Virus record (IMG/VR): IMGVR_UViG_3300021962_000081
Strand: one strand, 5' to 3'
DNA from: an uncultured virus (IMG/VR IMGVR_UViG_3300021962_000081)
Lineage: Duplodnaviria; Heunggongvirae; Uroviricota; Caudoviricetes
Length of the DNA stretch: 64,000 nucleotides
The notes under the pieces were generated by a model. That model was not told the origin of the DNA and did no database searches. It saw only the letters and a list, made by a program, of their open reading frames with translations. Below are positions 10,407-20,929 of this stretch, piece by piece (within the stretch, counting starts at the first letter, position 1; each line of letters begins with the position of its first letter). Position numbers and translations under genes: made by a program.

Positions 10407-10565
10407 ATGTATAAACTAATTAAAGATATTTTTAGTAGTGAAGTTAAGTCTGTTCAAAGACTTTCAGATAACGCTTGCATTCCATTTGCACCAGCTAACA
10501 CAGACTACCAAGCATACCTAAAATGGCTTGAAGAAGGCAATACGCCTCTACCTGCGGACGAATAA
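10407..10565 (+). CDS. Small tail-fibre chaperone-like protein (52 aa, not in ORF track)
   Basis: MYKL...[36 protein letters not shown]; stop overlaps the next ATG. Confidence 0.7.
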   Translation: MYKLIKDIFSSEVKSVQRLSDNACIPFAPANTDYQAYLKWLEEGNTPLPADE

Positions 10566-11467
10566 TGTTTGGTAATTCCGCCTTTGCCGTAGCCCCTTTT
10601 GCAACCCTAGGTGCGGGTACAGCATTCTCGTTTTCTATAATTGAGAATGTTAACATGGCTGACTTAAACAGCCAAGTTTTTGCCGCCACCGCATCAGTGA
10701 CAGAAAATGTTGTGATGGACGATATTGATGCTACATCAGGTGATTTCTTTGGTACTATAAATGAGTTTGTAACAATGAACGATGTAGAAACTATTGCAGC
10801 TCAGTTTGCATCAAGCATTACAGAGAATTCAAATTTAGCAGATGTTAACGACATAACAGCGCAGTTCGCAACAAGCAAGACAGAAAATGTAGTCATGGAT
10901 GATGTAAGAATAGACTATTTTGCAGCATTAGAGTCTAGAGTAGAACCATTTACTATGGCAGATATTGTTTCCATCGCTGCACAGTTTTCTGCTAGTTTGA
11001 ATGAAAACAGCAACCTAGCTGATATAAACGCTATCTCTGCTCAGTTTAATGTAAGCCGTACTGAAAATATCACTATGGCTGACGCAGCAAGCATTATAGC
11101 TAACTTTGTAGTAAGTCAAGCTGAAGATGTCACAATGGCAGATATAGAGACTATTATCTCTGTATTTACATTTGTTATTACAGAAAACTTAAATGCAGCT
11201 GATGCTAATTCTGTAATTTCTAACTTTAATGTTTCACTCACTGAAAACTCTAATTTAGCGGATTCAGCAGCGGTAGCAGCTCAATTCCAAGCTTCTATCA
11301 TAGAAACATTATCAATGCTAGACTCCCAATTCCCTCGTGGATGGTTTAAAATAAACGATGACCAAGCTGTTACCTGGTCAGCTATTAACAACACTCAGTC
11401 AACATCTTGGACTGAAATTAATAATTTCCAACCTAGCTCATGGGTTGTAATAGACGATACTCAATAA
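10565..11467 (+). CDS. Virion protein built of ~12 tandem 20-aa repeats
   Basis: 60-nt periodicity visible in the DNA; consensus AQF.AS.TEN..MAD. Confidence 0.65.
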   Translation: MFGNSAFAVAPFATLGAGTAFSFSIIENVNMADLNSQVFAATASVTENVVMDDIDATSGDFFGTINEFVTMNDVETIAAQFASSITENSNLADVNDITAQFATSKTENVVMDDVRIDYFAALESRVEPFTMADIVSIAAQFSASLNENSNLADINAISAQFNVSRTENITMADAASIIANFVVSQAEDVTMADIETIISVFTFVITENLNAADANSVISNFNVSLTENSNLADSAAVAAQFQASIIETLSMLDSQFPRGWFKINDDQAVTWSAINNTQSTSWTEINNFQPSSWVVIDDTQ

Positions 11468-11476
11468 GGACATATT

Positions 11477-12517
11477 ATGGCATCTACGTATTCAAGCTCC
11501 CTAAAGCTCACTCTCATTGGAGATGGTGAACAGGCTGGTACCTGGGGATCAACTACCAATAACAACTGGAACTTGATAGAACAAGCCGTAACAGGTGTTG
11601 ATGGTATTGATTTAACAGGCCTTACAACTTATACCCTTAGTAATCTTAATGGTACTACAGATGAATCTAGAAACTTAACTTTAGTATTTATAGGTACTCC
11701 AGCTTCTACAGTCACCGTTTCAGCCCCATTACAAGATAAATTTTATATTGTAAGAAATGCTACAGGACAAACAATTACAATGTCTGCCTCTGGCGGATCT
11801 GTATCATTATCTATTCCATCAGGTGTAACTGCACAAATATATTGTGATGCAACAAATGAATCTGGTACAGGTACTGGATTCTATGCTGCACAAACAGGAA
11901 CTGCTAGTAACTTTACAGTAAACGGTAATCTATCTGTTTTAGGTAATCAAACTAATACAGGTAACTTTTTAGCTGCTGGTGTTTTAGGTGCTTATATATC
12001 CGCTTCATTTACTGGTGGTATTAGTAATGGATCTGGTTTAGCAGGTACTATTCTTAACGTATCTGCAGTCACAAGTGGCACAATATTTATTGGCCAAAGA
12101 ATATCTGGTACTGGTATTACATCAGGTACATTTGTGACTGGATTTGGCACAGGCTCTGGAGGTATTGGTACTTATACAGTTAATACATCTCAATTAGTAG
12201 GTGCTGGTACAACGATTACAGGTGCAGCTAGTGCAATTGCTACAACGCCAGCATCTGGTGACAACTCAGTAAATATTGCAACTACAGCATTCGTACAATC
12301 TACTGTAGGTGTTCTTGGTACTATGGCATCTCAAAATGCTAGTGCAGTAGCGATTACTGGAGGCACAATTGCAGGTGTAGCTATCTCAGGCGCAACGATT
12401 GCATCAAGTACTATAGGCGGCCTTACTTTAGGTACAAACGGTACAGGCACTAAAACAATTTCAACAAGTACTCCAACTGGTGGTTCAGATGGAGACATCT
12501 GGTATCAGGTAAGTTAA
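11477..12517 (+). CDS. Tail fibre (proximal/anchor type)
   Basis: MASTYS..L.L...[13 protein letters not shown]-terminus; P..GDNS..IATTAFV fibre repeat; P.GG.DGDIWYQ end. Confidence 0.7.
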   Translation: MASTYSSSLKLTLIGDGEQAGTWGSTTNNNWNLIEQAVTGVDGIDLTGLTTYTLSNLNGTTDESRNLTLVFIGTPASTVTVSAPLQDKFYIVRNATGQTITMSASGGSVSLSIPSGVTAQIYCDATNESGTGTGFYAAQTGTASNFTVNGNLSVLGNQTNTGNFLAAGVLGAYISASFTGGISNGSGLAGTILNVSAVTSGTIFIGQRISGTGITSGTFVTGFGTGSGGIGTYTVNTSQLVGAGTTITGAASAIATTPASGDNSVNIATTAFVQSTVGVLGTMASQNASAVAITGGTIAGVAISGATIASSTIGGLTLGTNGTGTKTISTSTPTGGSDGDIWYQVS

Positions 12518-12519
12518 TT

Positions 12520-12753
12520 ATGGAAAACATTAATCCATCAGAAGCAACAGAATATGAAATAGCAAGATACTTAGGAGAAGCGCCTGCAGGATTTACCGTT
12601 TCAGATCAAGTAGCAGCACAAAGAATTTCTATTTGTAATGAATGTCCAGAAAAGGTTGAAACTTTGGGCGTTGATAAATGTAACTTATGTAACTGTATTA
12701 TTAAATTAAAAACAAAACTAACTCACACAAACTGCCCTATAGATAAGTGGTAA
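12520..12753 (+). CDS. Small Cys-rich (Zn-binding) protein
   Basis: R..IC..CP...C..C.C...KT......CP..KW. Confidence 0.65.
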   Translation: MENINPSEATEYEIARYLGEAPAGFTVSDQVAAQRISICNECPEKVETLGVDKCNLCNCIIKLKTKLTHTNCPIDKW

Positions 12754-12754
12754 T

Positions 12755-14776
12755 ATGCCAAAACTTTATGTAAAAGATAGTGGCACTTGGAAACAAGTGC
12801 AACAATTATATGTTAAACAATTAGGTGTTTGGAAAGGTGTTGTTGTAGGCCTAGTCACACAAAGTGGTATAGGTAAACAATTTTATCCAGACACAGTAGG
12901 CCCTGTCACTTATAGCTCTGCAGGAACATATACTTACACAGTTCCAGCTACAGTGACATCAATAAGTATTGCTGCTACAGGTGGTGGTGGTGCAGGTCAA
13001 GTATCTTATTTTAATTCTGGTTCTTGGACTCAAGTTGCTGGTGCAGCTGGTGGAAACACCACGGTTAGTGGCAGTGGATTTTCAGTCACAGCTAATGGAG
13101 GTGGTGGTGGATCATCAGGAGGCTCTGGAGGTACAGTTACTATCTCAGGTGCATCATCTACTACATTAAACCAAACAGGTGGTAGTAAATCTTCTGGTAC
13201 AGGCGGCAGTTCATATTATGGATCAGGTTCTTCACAAGGTGGAGACTTTTCTAAACCCGCTACACCTTCTTTTGGTGCTGGTGGTGGCGCTGGTTACCAA
13301 TTTGATGGACCTCAAAATTATGGTGGCTCAGGAGGTGGTACAGGTATTGCAGTATTTGCAGTCACTCCAGGTCAAACAATTAATATTACAGTAGGCGCAG
13401 GCGCAACAGGTGCTAATGTTGACTATACAAAAGGTTCTAATCACGGATCATATGCAGGTAATGGTGGATCAGGTTTTGTATCTATTACTCCACTTGCTGC
13501 TAATGTTGCTGTTTATAATAGTGCAGGTTCATATACTTACACAGTACCTGCAGGTGTTAATTCATTAAACGTAGCTGTCACTGGAGGTGGTGGAGGTGGC
13601 GCTGCAGGCAACGATGGTGGTTACGTACACTATGGTTGGGCAGGCGGTGGTGGTGGATCAGGTTATTATTCTACAAGTACCGTAGCTGTAACTCCAGGTG
13701 AAAATTTATCAATCACTGTAGGTACTGCAGGATCTGGAGGAGCAGGTGGTTGCGGACCAGGTGGTGCTTCGGGTGGGTCTGGTGGTACATCTTCACTCAG
13801 TAGAGGTGCTACAGTTCTTTTATCAGCTGCAGGCGGTAGTGGTGGTACATCTCCTGGAGGCACAGGTGGTACAGGGGGTGCTGGTGGTAATCCAGGTTCT
13901 AATGGATCTAGTACACAAGGTACAGGTAGTGGCGGTAATGGTGGTGCTTCTACTTATAGCGCTGGAGGAGCAGGTGGCCCAGGCGGTGGTTGTGGAAGTG
14001 GTGCAGGCTCTGCTGGATCTCAAGGTTCAGGCGGAGGTGGTGGTGGTGCACAAAACGGTTCATGTTGCGGACATCCTGGCGGTGCTGGTGGAGCTGGTAC
14101 TGTAATAGTTTCTCCAGTTAATCCTAATTCAATTACATACGCATCTTCTGGATCATATTCATTTACTGTTCCTGCAGGAGTTACATCTATCACTATGACA
14201 GCTGTTGGTGCAGGTGGTGGTGGTGGATGGCCTTCATCAGGTAGGTCAGGTTTTTCACAAGGTGGTGGCGGTGGAGGCGGTGGTGGTGGTGGCACTTCAT
14301 CATCTACTTTAGCAGTTACTCCAGGTGAAACATTATCAATTACAGTTGGTGCAGCAGGGGCTGCAGGAAACAGTGGTTCTGGAACTCAAGGTGGTACGGG
14401 TAGTACAGGTGGAACTTCTTCTGTAAACAGAGGCGCTACAGTATTAGTCACAGCTAATGGCGGTGCAGGCGGTGTAGGAGGTAATGGTAATCCTAACGTA
14501 GGTGGTGCTGGAGGTGCTGGTGGTACTGGATCAACTTCAAACGGAGTTAATGGCGTTGCAGGATTACCTGCTGATGGTGCTGGATGGTCAACTGGTGGTG
14601 TTGGTGGTGCTTCCTCAGTAGGATCTGGAGGAACAGCTGGAAGATTTAGCACGCCAGGTGGTGCTGGAATTAATGGTGGCGGTGGAGGCGGTGGATCATC
14701 TTCTGGATTTAGTCCTAATGATGTTGAAATAGGCGGAGCTGCTGGTGGCGATGGACTTGTAAAATTTACTTATTAA
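12755..14776 (+). CDS. Glycine-rich virion protein with three tandem Gly-rich domains
   Basis: Three Y.S.G.Y..TVPA.V.S....GGGG...VTPG....ITVG units; N-terminal YVK..G.WK repeats. Confidence 0.75.
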   Translation: MPKLYVKDSGTWKQVQQLYVKQLGVWKGVVVGLVTQSGIGKQFYPDTVGPVTYSSAGTYTYTVPATVTSISIAATGGGGAGQVSYFNSGSWTQVAGAAGGNTTVSGSGFSVTANGGGGGSSGGSGGTVTISGASSTTLNQTGGSKSSGTGGSSYYGSGSSQGGDFSKPATPSFGAGGGAGYQFDGPQNYGGSGGGTGIAVFAVTPGQTINITVGAGATGANVDYTKGSNHGSYAGNGGSGFVSITPLAANVAVYNSAGSYTYTVPAGVNSLNVAVTGGGGGGAAGNDGGYVHYGWAGGGGGSGYYSTSTVAVTPGENLSITVGTAGSGGAGGCGPGGASGGSGGTSSLSRGATVLLSAAGGSGGTSPGGTGGTGGAGGNPGSNGSSTQGTGSGGNGGASTYSAGGAGGPGGGCGSGAGSAGSQGSGGGGGGAQNGSCCGHPGGAGGAGTVIVSPVNPNSITYASSGSYSFTVPAGVTSITMTAVGAGGGGGWPSSGRSGFSQGGGGGGGGGGGTSSSTLAVTPGETLSITVGAAGAAGNSGSGTQGGTGSTGGTSSVNRGATVLVTANGGAGGVGGNGNPNVGGAGGAGGTGSTSNGVNGVAGLPADGAGWSTGGVGGASSVGSGGTAGRFSTPGGAGINGGGGGGGSSSGFSPNDVEIGGAAGGDGLVKFTY

Positions 14777-14777
14777 T

Positions 14778-14846
14778 ATGAAAATTATTATTGGTGTTTT
14801 AATCGTATTTTGTTTACTTTGGTGCGTGCATCATTTAGGAGTTTAG
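14778..14846 (+). CDS. Possible 22-aa hydrophobic membrane peptide upstream of the lysis genes
   Basis: MKIIIGVLIVFCLLWCVHHLGV fills the gap between flanking genes; no clear RBS. Confidence 0.35.
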   Translation: MKIIIGVLIVFCLLWCVHHLGV

Positions 14847-14847
14847 A

Positions 14848-15333
14848 ATGTTAAGTATATTATCATCAATATTAGGTTTTGCTACAGCAGGACTTCCTAA
14901 TATATTACAATTCTTTCAACAAAAAGGAGATCAAAAGCATGAAAGAGAAATGGCAAAACTTCAAACAGAACGTGAGCTTGAACTTGCAAAAGCTGGTTTC
15001 TTATCTCAAGAAAAAATTGAAGCAATTAAATTAGATGAAATAGAAGCACAAACATATGCTGAGGAACGTGTAGCGCTATATGATCATGATAAAACATTAA
15101 TTAATAAATCATCACAAAGTATAGTAGATTTAAATGCAAAAGTAAGACCTTATGTTGCTTTTATTTTTGTAGGCGAATTAGTTTTAATTAACCTTTTATC
15201 TCTTGGTTGGGCTATGTGGTCAGGCGTTGATTTTTTAATAGCATCACAAGAAGTATTTTCTACAGATGAAATGGCTATCGTAGCATCAATTATTGGATTC
15301 TATTTTGGTTCAAGAACTTGGGAAAAGAAATAA
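14848..15333 (+). CDS. Holin-like membrane protein (GTA 3TM-holin-like)
   Basis: D.KHE..M..LQ coiled region, VRP.V, two hydrophobic segments, IIGFYFGSR; directly upstream of the lysozyme. Confidence 0.65.
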   Translation: MLSILSSILGFATAGLPNILQFFQQKGDQKHEREMAKLQTERELELAKAGFLSQEKIEAIKLDEIEAQTYAEERVALYDHDKTLINKSSQSIVDLNAKVRPYVAFIFVGELVLINLLSLGWAMWSGVDFLIASQEVFSTDEMAIVASIIGFYFGSRTWEKK

Positions 15334-15783
15334 GTGAATGTATCAAAAGCTTGTATACGTCTTATTAAACATCATGAAGGCATTCGCAATAAGCCTTATA
15401 AATGCCCTGCTGGGCTTTGGACTGTTGGCGTGGGTCACCTTATTGGCAACGGCAAATCATTGCCTGAATCTTGGAATAAAACTTTTACAATGGAAGAAAT
15501 AGATGGAATTCTTAAATCAGATCTCAGGCGCTTCGAGCTTGGAGTACGTAAGATGCTACCTAACGTGCCTCTTAGACAACATGAGTTTGACGCTCTTGTC
15601 AGCTTTTGCTTTAATTTGGGTTTGGGATGCTTTCAGCGTTCAACCATCCGTCAAGCGATTCTTCGTGGCGATAAAAAGGCGGCTATGGAATCGTTAGTAA
15701 AATACTGTCGTGCAGGTGGTAAAATACTGCGAGGTCTGAAAATTCGTAGATTAGATGAACGTGCACTCTTTGAAGGTAAATAA
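15334..15783 (+). CDS. Endolysin, GH24 phage lysozyme
   Basis: IKHHEG.R..PY.CPAG.WTVGVGH, EFDALVSF.FNLG, GL..RR..E..LF. Confidence 0.92.
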   Translation: MNVSKACIRLIKHHEGIRNKPYKCPAGLWTVGVGHLIGNGKSLPESWNKTFTMEEIDGILKSDLRRFELGVRKMLPNVPLRQHEFDALVSFCFNLGLGCFQRSTIRQAILRGDKKAAMESLVKYCRAGGKILRGLKIRRLDERALFEGK

Positions 15784-18002
15784 TGCCATTACAAAAATTA
15801 ACATATAGAGCTGGAATTAACCGTGAAGGAACTGACTACTCCAATGAGGGTGGTTTCTATGACGGTGATAAAGTACGTTTCCGTTCAGGCCAAGCTGAAA
15901 AGATTGGTGGCTGGGTACAAGTAGATACAGATCAATTTCAAGGTATTGCACGATCATTATGGACATGGACTGATACTGATGGATTGGCTAATTACTTAGC
16001 TTTAGGTACAAGTAAAAAGTACTACATATTCTATGGCGGTATTTATTATGACATTACTCCATTAGTTCAAACAGATGGAACAGCACTTCCTCCTCCAAAT
16101 CAATTAGGTGCTAATCCTATTTCAACCGTTTCTGGTTCTAACGTAGTTACCATTACTGATGGTAATTACAACCCAGCGATTGGTGATTACGTTACAATCT
16201 CATCTACATCAACTGTAGGTGGATTAACTATTAGTGGTGAGTATGTAGTTAAAACAGTTCCAACAACTACTACATTTACTATAGAGGCTGCATCTAATGC
16301 ATCATCTACAGCATCTGGTGGTGGTACAGTTGTCTTACAATTTCAATACCCAATTGGTAATGACATCGCTACGATTGGTACAGGATGGAGTGCTGGCCCA
16401 TGGACTGGTGCTGTAGCGACTACAGGCTACACATTAACTAATCCATTTGACACAATTAATCTTTCAACAACTGTTACTGTTAACCAAACAGGACATGGAT
16501 TAACCACTGGCGATTGGATTTATTTTAGCTCTGTGCAAAATAATGTGTCTGGTATTTTAAATACTATATTAGAGCAAGCATTTCAAGTAACTGTAACTGG
16601 TCCAAACGCTTATACGATATCTACTGTATTTGGATCTGCTAGCTATCCTGCCAATGCAACAGCAACAGGTTTAGGCGGTACAGTGGTTGTTAGAATACCA
16701 GTCACTCCTACTCGTGGATGGGGAACAGGATTTACATCTGGTATTACGCAACAATTAAGACTTTGGTCACAAGATAACTATTCATCTAATTTAGCTTATG
16801 CTCCTCGTGGTGGACCAATATTTTATTGGCTAGACTCAGCTGGTGTTTCAGCCCGTGGACAATACTTAGCTGCATTATCTACAGCAGCTGGATTTAGCGG
16901 TGCTTATGTTCCAAAAACAACTAACCAAATACTAACATCAGCTACAGAACAATTCTTAGTAGCGTTAGGGTCTAACGGGTATGAAGTTAGTAATCCTAAT
17001 ACAGCATTTAATCCTATGATTGTAAGATGGTCTGATCAAGGTAATCCATATGAATGGGTACCCTCACCAACCAATCAGTCAGGTGAATTTACATTAGCTA
17101 ACGGATCTTTTATTGTTACTGGATTAACTACACGTCAAGAAATTCTTGTATGGACTAACTCTTGTTTATATTCAATGCAGTATATTGGTTATCCTTATGT
17201 ATGGTCATTCCAAGTATTGATGGACAATATATCTATCATTGCCCCAAATGCAGCTGTATCTGTAAACAACGTAACTTACTGGATGGGTAAAGATAAGTTC
17301 TATATGTATACTGGTGTGGTTTCAACCTTACCATGTTCATTACGTCAATTTATATTTGAAGATATAAATGTTGACCAATCTTATCAGATATTCGCTGGAT
17401 CAAACGAAGGTTATAACGAAGTATGGTGGTTCTATGTAAGTAAGAATAGCGGTGGTACAACGGTAGATCGTTATGTTATTTACAATTACCTTGATAAAGT
17501 ATGGACATATGGCACTATGGCAAGAACGGCATGGTTACAATATGGTATCCAACCAAACCCAGTTGCGGCTGATTACAACCGCAGACTTTTATATCATGAG
17601 GTAGGTAATGATGATGTTTCTACTGCAAGCCCACAACCTATTGAAGCTTATATCCAATCCTCTGACTTTGGTATTGAAGCTGGTGAGCATCTTGGTTTTG
17701 TATGGCGTTTGTTGCCTGATGTCAATTTCAATGGTTCAACCGTTAATAATCCAAGCGTTACAATGACATTGTTTGGCCGTCAAAATTCTGGTGGTGCTCC
17801 ATATGGATCAGATATAGATACGGTGACAAGTGCTCAAAATTACTCAACAGTAACTCAATATATTATTCCTCAATTTACAGGTCAAGTTTATACACGTATC
17901 CGTGGCCGTCAATTATCTTTTGAGATTAGATCAACTGATCTTGGTGTAGCTTGGCAATTAGGTGTACCTCGTATTGATGTTAAGCCAGATGGAAAACGAT
18001 AA
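15783..18002 (+). CDS. Tail hub / DNA stabilisation protein (P22 gp10-like)
   Basis: PMIVRWSDQ, YWMG...FY.Y.G....LPC, EVWWFY, W..G.M.RTAW, R.RGRQ, W.LG..R.D..PDG.R motifs. Confidence 0.75.
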   Translation: MPLQKLTYRAGINREGTDYSNEGGFYDGDKVRFRSGQAEKIGGWVQVDTDQFQGIARSLWTWTDTDGLANYLALGTSKKYYIFYGGIYYDITPLVQTDGTALPPPNQLGANPISTVSGSNVVTITDGNYNPAIGDYVTISSTSTVGGLTISGEYVVKTVPTTTTFTIEAASNASSTASGGGTVVLQFQYPIGNDIATIGTGWSAGPWTGAVATTGYTLTNPFDTINLSTTVTVNQTGHGLTTGDWIYFSSVQNNVSGILNTILEQAFQVTVTGPNAYTISTVFGSASYPANATATGLGGTVVVRIPVTPTRGWGTGFTSGITQQLRLWSQDNYSSNLAYAPRGGPIFYWLDSAGVSARGQYLAALSTAAGFSGAYVPKTTNQILTSATEQFLVALGSNGYEVSNPNTAFNPMIVRWSDQGNPYEWVPSPTNQSGEFTLANGSFIVTGLTTRQEILVWTNSCLYSMQYIGYPYVWSFQVLMDNISIIAPNAAVSVNNVTYWMGKDKFYMYTGVVSTLPCSLRQFIFEDINVDQSYQIFAGSNEGYNEVWWFYVSKNSGGTTVDRYVIYNYLDKVWTYGTMARTAWLQYGIQPNPVAADYNRRLLYHEVGNDDVSTASPQPIEAYIQSSDFGIEAGEHLGFVWRLLPDVNFNGSTVNNPSVTMTLFGRQNSGGAPYGSDIDTVTSAQNYSTVTQYIIPQFTGQVYTRIRGRQLSFEIRSTDLGVAWQLGVPRIDVKPDGKR

Positions 18003-18670
18003 TGGATGTATTTGAATTAAGGCCAGTGGTTGCGCCAAGCTTACCTAATGCTACCTCTGATTACCAACAACAATATGAAGATCAGTATTCTAACGTATTA
18101 CGTTTATACTTTAACCAATTAACTAATTTTACTAGAGCGATTACAACTTCTAATGGTGGAGCAGCGTTAACCTTTCCTCATATTGGCGCTTCTGATACTA
18201 CAGATCAGTATGCTACGGCTAGTAACACACCGACTATAGTTAAATGGAATACATTAGATACTGGAAGTGGATTTACATTAAACCCATCTTATTCAGCAAC
18301 AGCTGGTTATTCTGGCATTTATAAAATAGATTATAGTTTACAATATGCTAATACGGCTAATGCAGCTCATGATGTAGTTATTTGGTTGCGTATTAATGGA
18401 GTCGATGTTGCAGGTTCAGCCAGTAAAGTTACTATGCCAGCTCGTAAAAGTGCGGGTGTCCCTAGTTATGTATTAGCTGTATCTTTTGTAGAGTTTGCTT
18501 TAGATGCTGGAGACGATATTGAACTTTATTGGGCAACTGATTTAGCTTATAATCCAGTAGGTCCTGTTGATGGAGTTTACATGGAATATGCACCAGCTCA
18601 AACAGTACCTTATCCACATCCTTCAATTCCCTCTGCACTAGGGGCTATTACGTTTATATCTGCTGGGTAA
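18002..18670 (+). CDS. Tail-associated virion protein
   Basis: P.LP.A..Y...LRLYFNQL N-terminus and a beta-rich C-terminal domain; coupled to the hub gene. Confidence 0.55.
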   Translation: MDVFELRPVVAPSLPNATSDYQQQYEDQYSNVLRLYFNQLTNFTRAITTSNGGAALTFPHIGASDTTDQYATASNTPTIVKWNTLDTGSGFTLNPSYSATAGYSGIYKIDYSLQYANTANAAHDVVIWLRINGVDVAGSASKVTMPARKSAGVPSYVLAVSFVEFALDAGDDIELYWATDLAYNPVGPVDGVYMEYAPAQTVPYPHPSIPSALGAITFISAG

Positions 18671-18739
18671 TTATGCAGAAAAACAATGATTTTTAATAGA
18701 AATAGTTTAAAATGTCAATATTAACATTATGGTGAAATT

Positions 18740-20383
18740 ATGAGTCTAGCTTTAGCAGCCAAACATTTAGAATCTCAAGGTCGTAACAAGGATACTAAGC
18801 TTGTTCACATGACCCCTGATGAGCTTAAAGCTCTTAACAGGTTATCTGTAGACCATACGGGTAAACCGTTATCTACCAATCCTAAAACAGGTCTTCCTGA
18901 AGCTGGATTCTTAGATTCTATTTTACCTACAGTTGTTGGCTTTGGCTTAAATGCAATTACTGGTGGTACACTTAGCCCTCTACTTATTGCTGGTGGTGTT
19001 GGTCTTGCAACTGCAGCATTATCTGGTGATATTGGTCAAGGTATTATGGCTGGTCTTGGTGCATGGTCAGGCGCTGGATTAAGTGAAGGTTTAGCTAAAG
19101 TAGGTGGTGCAGCACAAACATCAGCATCTACATTAGGCGATGACGCATTAGGACTAACCAACACATACGTTAATCCAGAATTAGCAACTAACGCAATCAT
19201 GGATACTACTGGCTATAGTAAAGCATTATTAAGCCCAACAGGAAATTTAGGTAAAGGTATTTCTGGAACAGGTTTAAGTGCAGCTGATATAGTTCAAGCC
19301 AATACTGCTGGACAAGCAAATCAAATTGCAAATCAAGTCACTAGAAATATATCAACTACACAAGGCCCAGGCGCAAGCATAGGTAATTTTAGGAATCTTT
19401 ATGCTGGTGCAAACGCTCCTGGCACAACAATGCAAGGCATTAAAAATGTAATGAATGACCCAGCAGCCAGAGCAAAACTTTGGGAAACCAATAAGATGGA
19501 TATTATTGGATCAGCTACTCCATTTGTGACTGGTGCATTAGGAGCATTTGAACAACCTACACTTACTGCACAAGAAGAAGAAGAAAATCCATTTGGATTA
19601 AAACGTATTACTAAAGACTTTAAAGGCTCTTTCCCAACAAGACCTGATCCATATTACACAGCAGTATATCCAGACTACTCAGCAAGACCATATGGTGCTA
19701 AAGATGGTGGCCTTATGGATATTGATAGATACAAATCTAAAGGTAAAGTAGACATTGAAAAACAATTAAGCTCTTTAGAAAATATTAACAAGGGTATTGA
19801 TTTACTATCTCCTACATTAGAGCTTGCTCCAATTATTGCACGTGATCCAGGTGATGCTATGGGTGGCCCAGGTATCGTTCAATATGAACAAGAGTATGCA
19901 GGCATGAGTCCAGATAAAAGAGCTTATGCTATGCTAAAAGATATTAGAAAACGTACATTAAAAGATGACTTAGCTTCTGGTCTTGAGCCTATGGGTTCTT
20001 TAGGTGTATTAGATTTTACACCAGCAGCTAAACGACAAGCTATGTTAGAAGAACAGGCTAGACAACAAATCGTCCAAGATGCTAAACGTGGCGGTTTAAT
20101 GGATAGTCATTTAGGTGATTACTCAGATGGTGGTCGTTTATTAAAAGGACCAGGTGATGGCGTATCTGATTCAATTCCTGCTACAATAGGTGGCAAACAA
20201 GCAGCGAGATTAGCTGAAGGTGAATTTGTTATTCCAGCAAGAATTGTATCTGAATTAGGTAATGGCTCTACAGATGCTGGTGCTAAACGTTTATATGCTA
20301 TGATGGATCGTATTAAAGCTAAACGTAGAAAAGCAAAAGATATCGCAGCAGATACTAAAGCTTATAAATTATTACCAGCATAG
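18740..20383 (+). CDS. Internal virion (ejection) protein
   Basis: GR..DT.LVHM.P.E, NP.TGLPEA, GPGDG.SDSIPA, RLAEGEFV.PA..VS.LGNGS..AG motifs. Confidence 0.65.
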   Translation: MSLALAAKHLESQGRNKDTKLVHMTPDELKALNRLSVDHTGKPLSTNPKTGLPEAGFLDSILPTVVGFGLNAITGGTLSPLLIAGGVGLATAALSGDIGQGIMAGLGAWSGAGLSEGLAKVGGAAQTSASTLGDDALGLTNTYVNPELATNAIMDTTGYSKALLSPTGNLGKGISGTGLSAADIVQANTAGQANQIANQVTRNISTTQGPGASIGNFRNLYAGANAPGTTMQGIKNVMNDPAARAKLWETNKMDIIGSATPFVTGALGAFEQPTLTAQEEEENPFGLKRITKDFKGSFPTRPDPYYTAVYPDYSARPYGAKDGGLMDIDRYKSKGKVDIEKQLSSLENINKGIDLLSPTLELAPIIARDPGDAMGGPGIVQYEQEYAGMSPDKRAYAMLKDIRKRTLKDDLASGLEPMGSLGVLDFTPAAKRQAMLEEQARQQIVQDAKRGGLMDSHLGDYSDGGRLLKGPGDGVSDSIPATIGGKQAARLAEGEFVIPARIVSELGNGSTDAGAKRLYAMMDRIKAKRRKAKDIAADTKAYKLLPA

Positions 20384-20392
20384 GAAAAGATT

Positions 20393-20929
20393 ATGGGTGC
20401 AGGCGTAGGTGGTGCAGGAAAAGGTGGAGGTTTGATGGCAAATGTTATTCAACAAGTTGCCGCACAAAATCCACAACAACCAAACAATTTTACATACTCA
20501 CCACCACAGCCTAATCCATACAATATTGATTATGCAAAATACACTTCACAGCCTACAAACTCAAATATTGCTGGTGGAGCTTTTAATACTGGTGTAAATA
20601 GCGATAGTGGTATAGCTGCTATATTAGCTGGACTATATAGCTCTGGTGTTTTTAATCAACAAAACACAAATCCATACGCACCACAAGGTACAGTAGGTTC
20701 ATTTAGCGGCATTCCTTATGGCCAACAACAAGAGTCTATGTTTAGCCATCAAGGATTAAGAATGACTCCATATGGCGGATATCAAGGACAATCTTGGAAT
20801 CCTTATGGTAATTACTATACATCAAGTAATACGTCTAATAATAATACTGCGCCTCCTCCTAGAACTACAGGACCAGATGCGTTACAACAATTATCATTTA
20901 TGATGAATAGAAACAACACACAGATCTAA
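20393..20929 (+). CDS. Low-complexity Q/N/P/Y-rich hypothetical protein
   Basis: ORF with RBS in the internal-protein operon. Confidence 0.5.
   Translation: MGAGVGGAGKGGGLMANVIQQVAAQNPQQPNNFTYSPPQPNPYNIDYAKYTSQPTNSNIAGGAFNTGVNSDSGIAAILAGLYSSGVFNQQNTNPYAPQGTVGSFSGIPYGQQQESMFSHQGLRMTPYGGYQGQSWNPYGNYYTSSNTSNNNTAPPPRTTGPDALQQLSFMMNRNNTQI

Noticed and set aside
10620..11340. 60-nt periodicity as a CRISPR array
   Set aside because: The repeats are degenerate, in-frame and protein-coding, with no constant repeat plus unique spacer pattern.
286..14652. Many alternative-frame ORFs (Val/Leu/Glu-rich on +, Pro-rich on -) in the fibre region
   Set aside because: These are shadows of GGT/GGA/GCT-rich codons in the real Gly-rich genes and have no RBS or independent features.
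2060..14776. Diversity-generating retroelement or invertase shufflon behind the paralogous fibre genes
   Set aside because: No reverse transcriptase or recombinase in the window, no adenine-specific TR/VR pair seen, and all cassettes are on the same strand.
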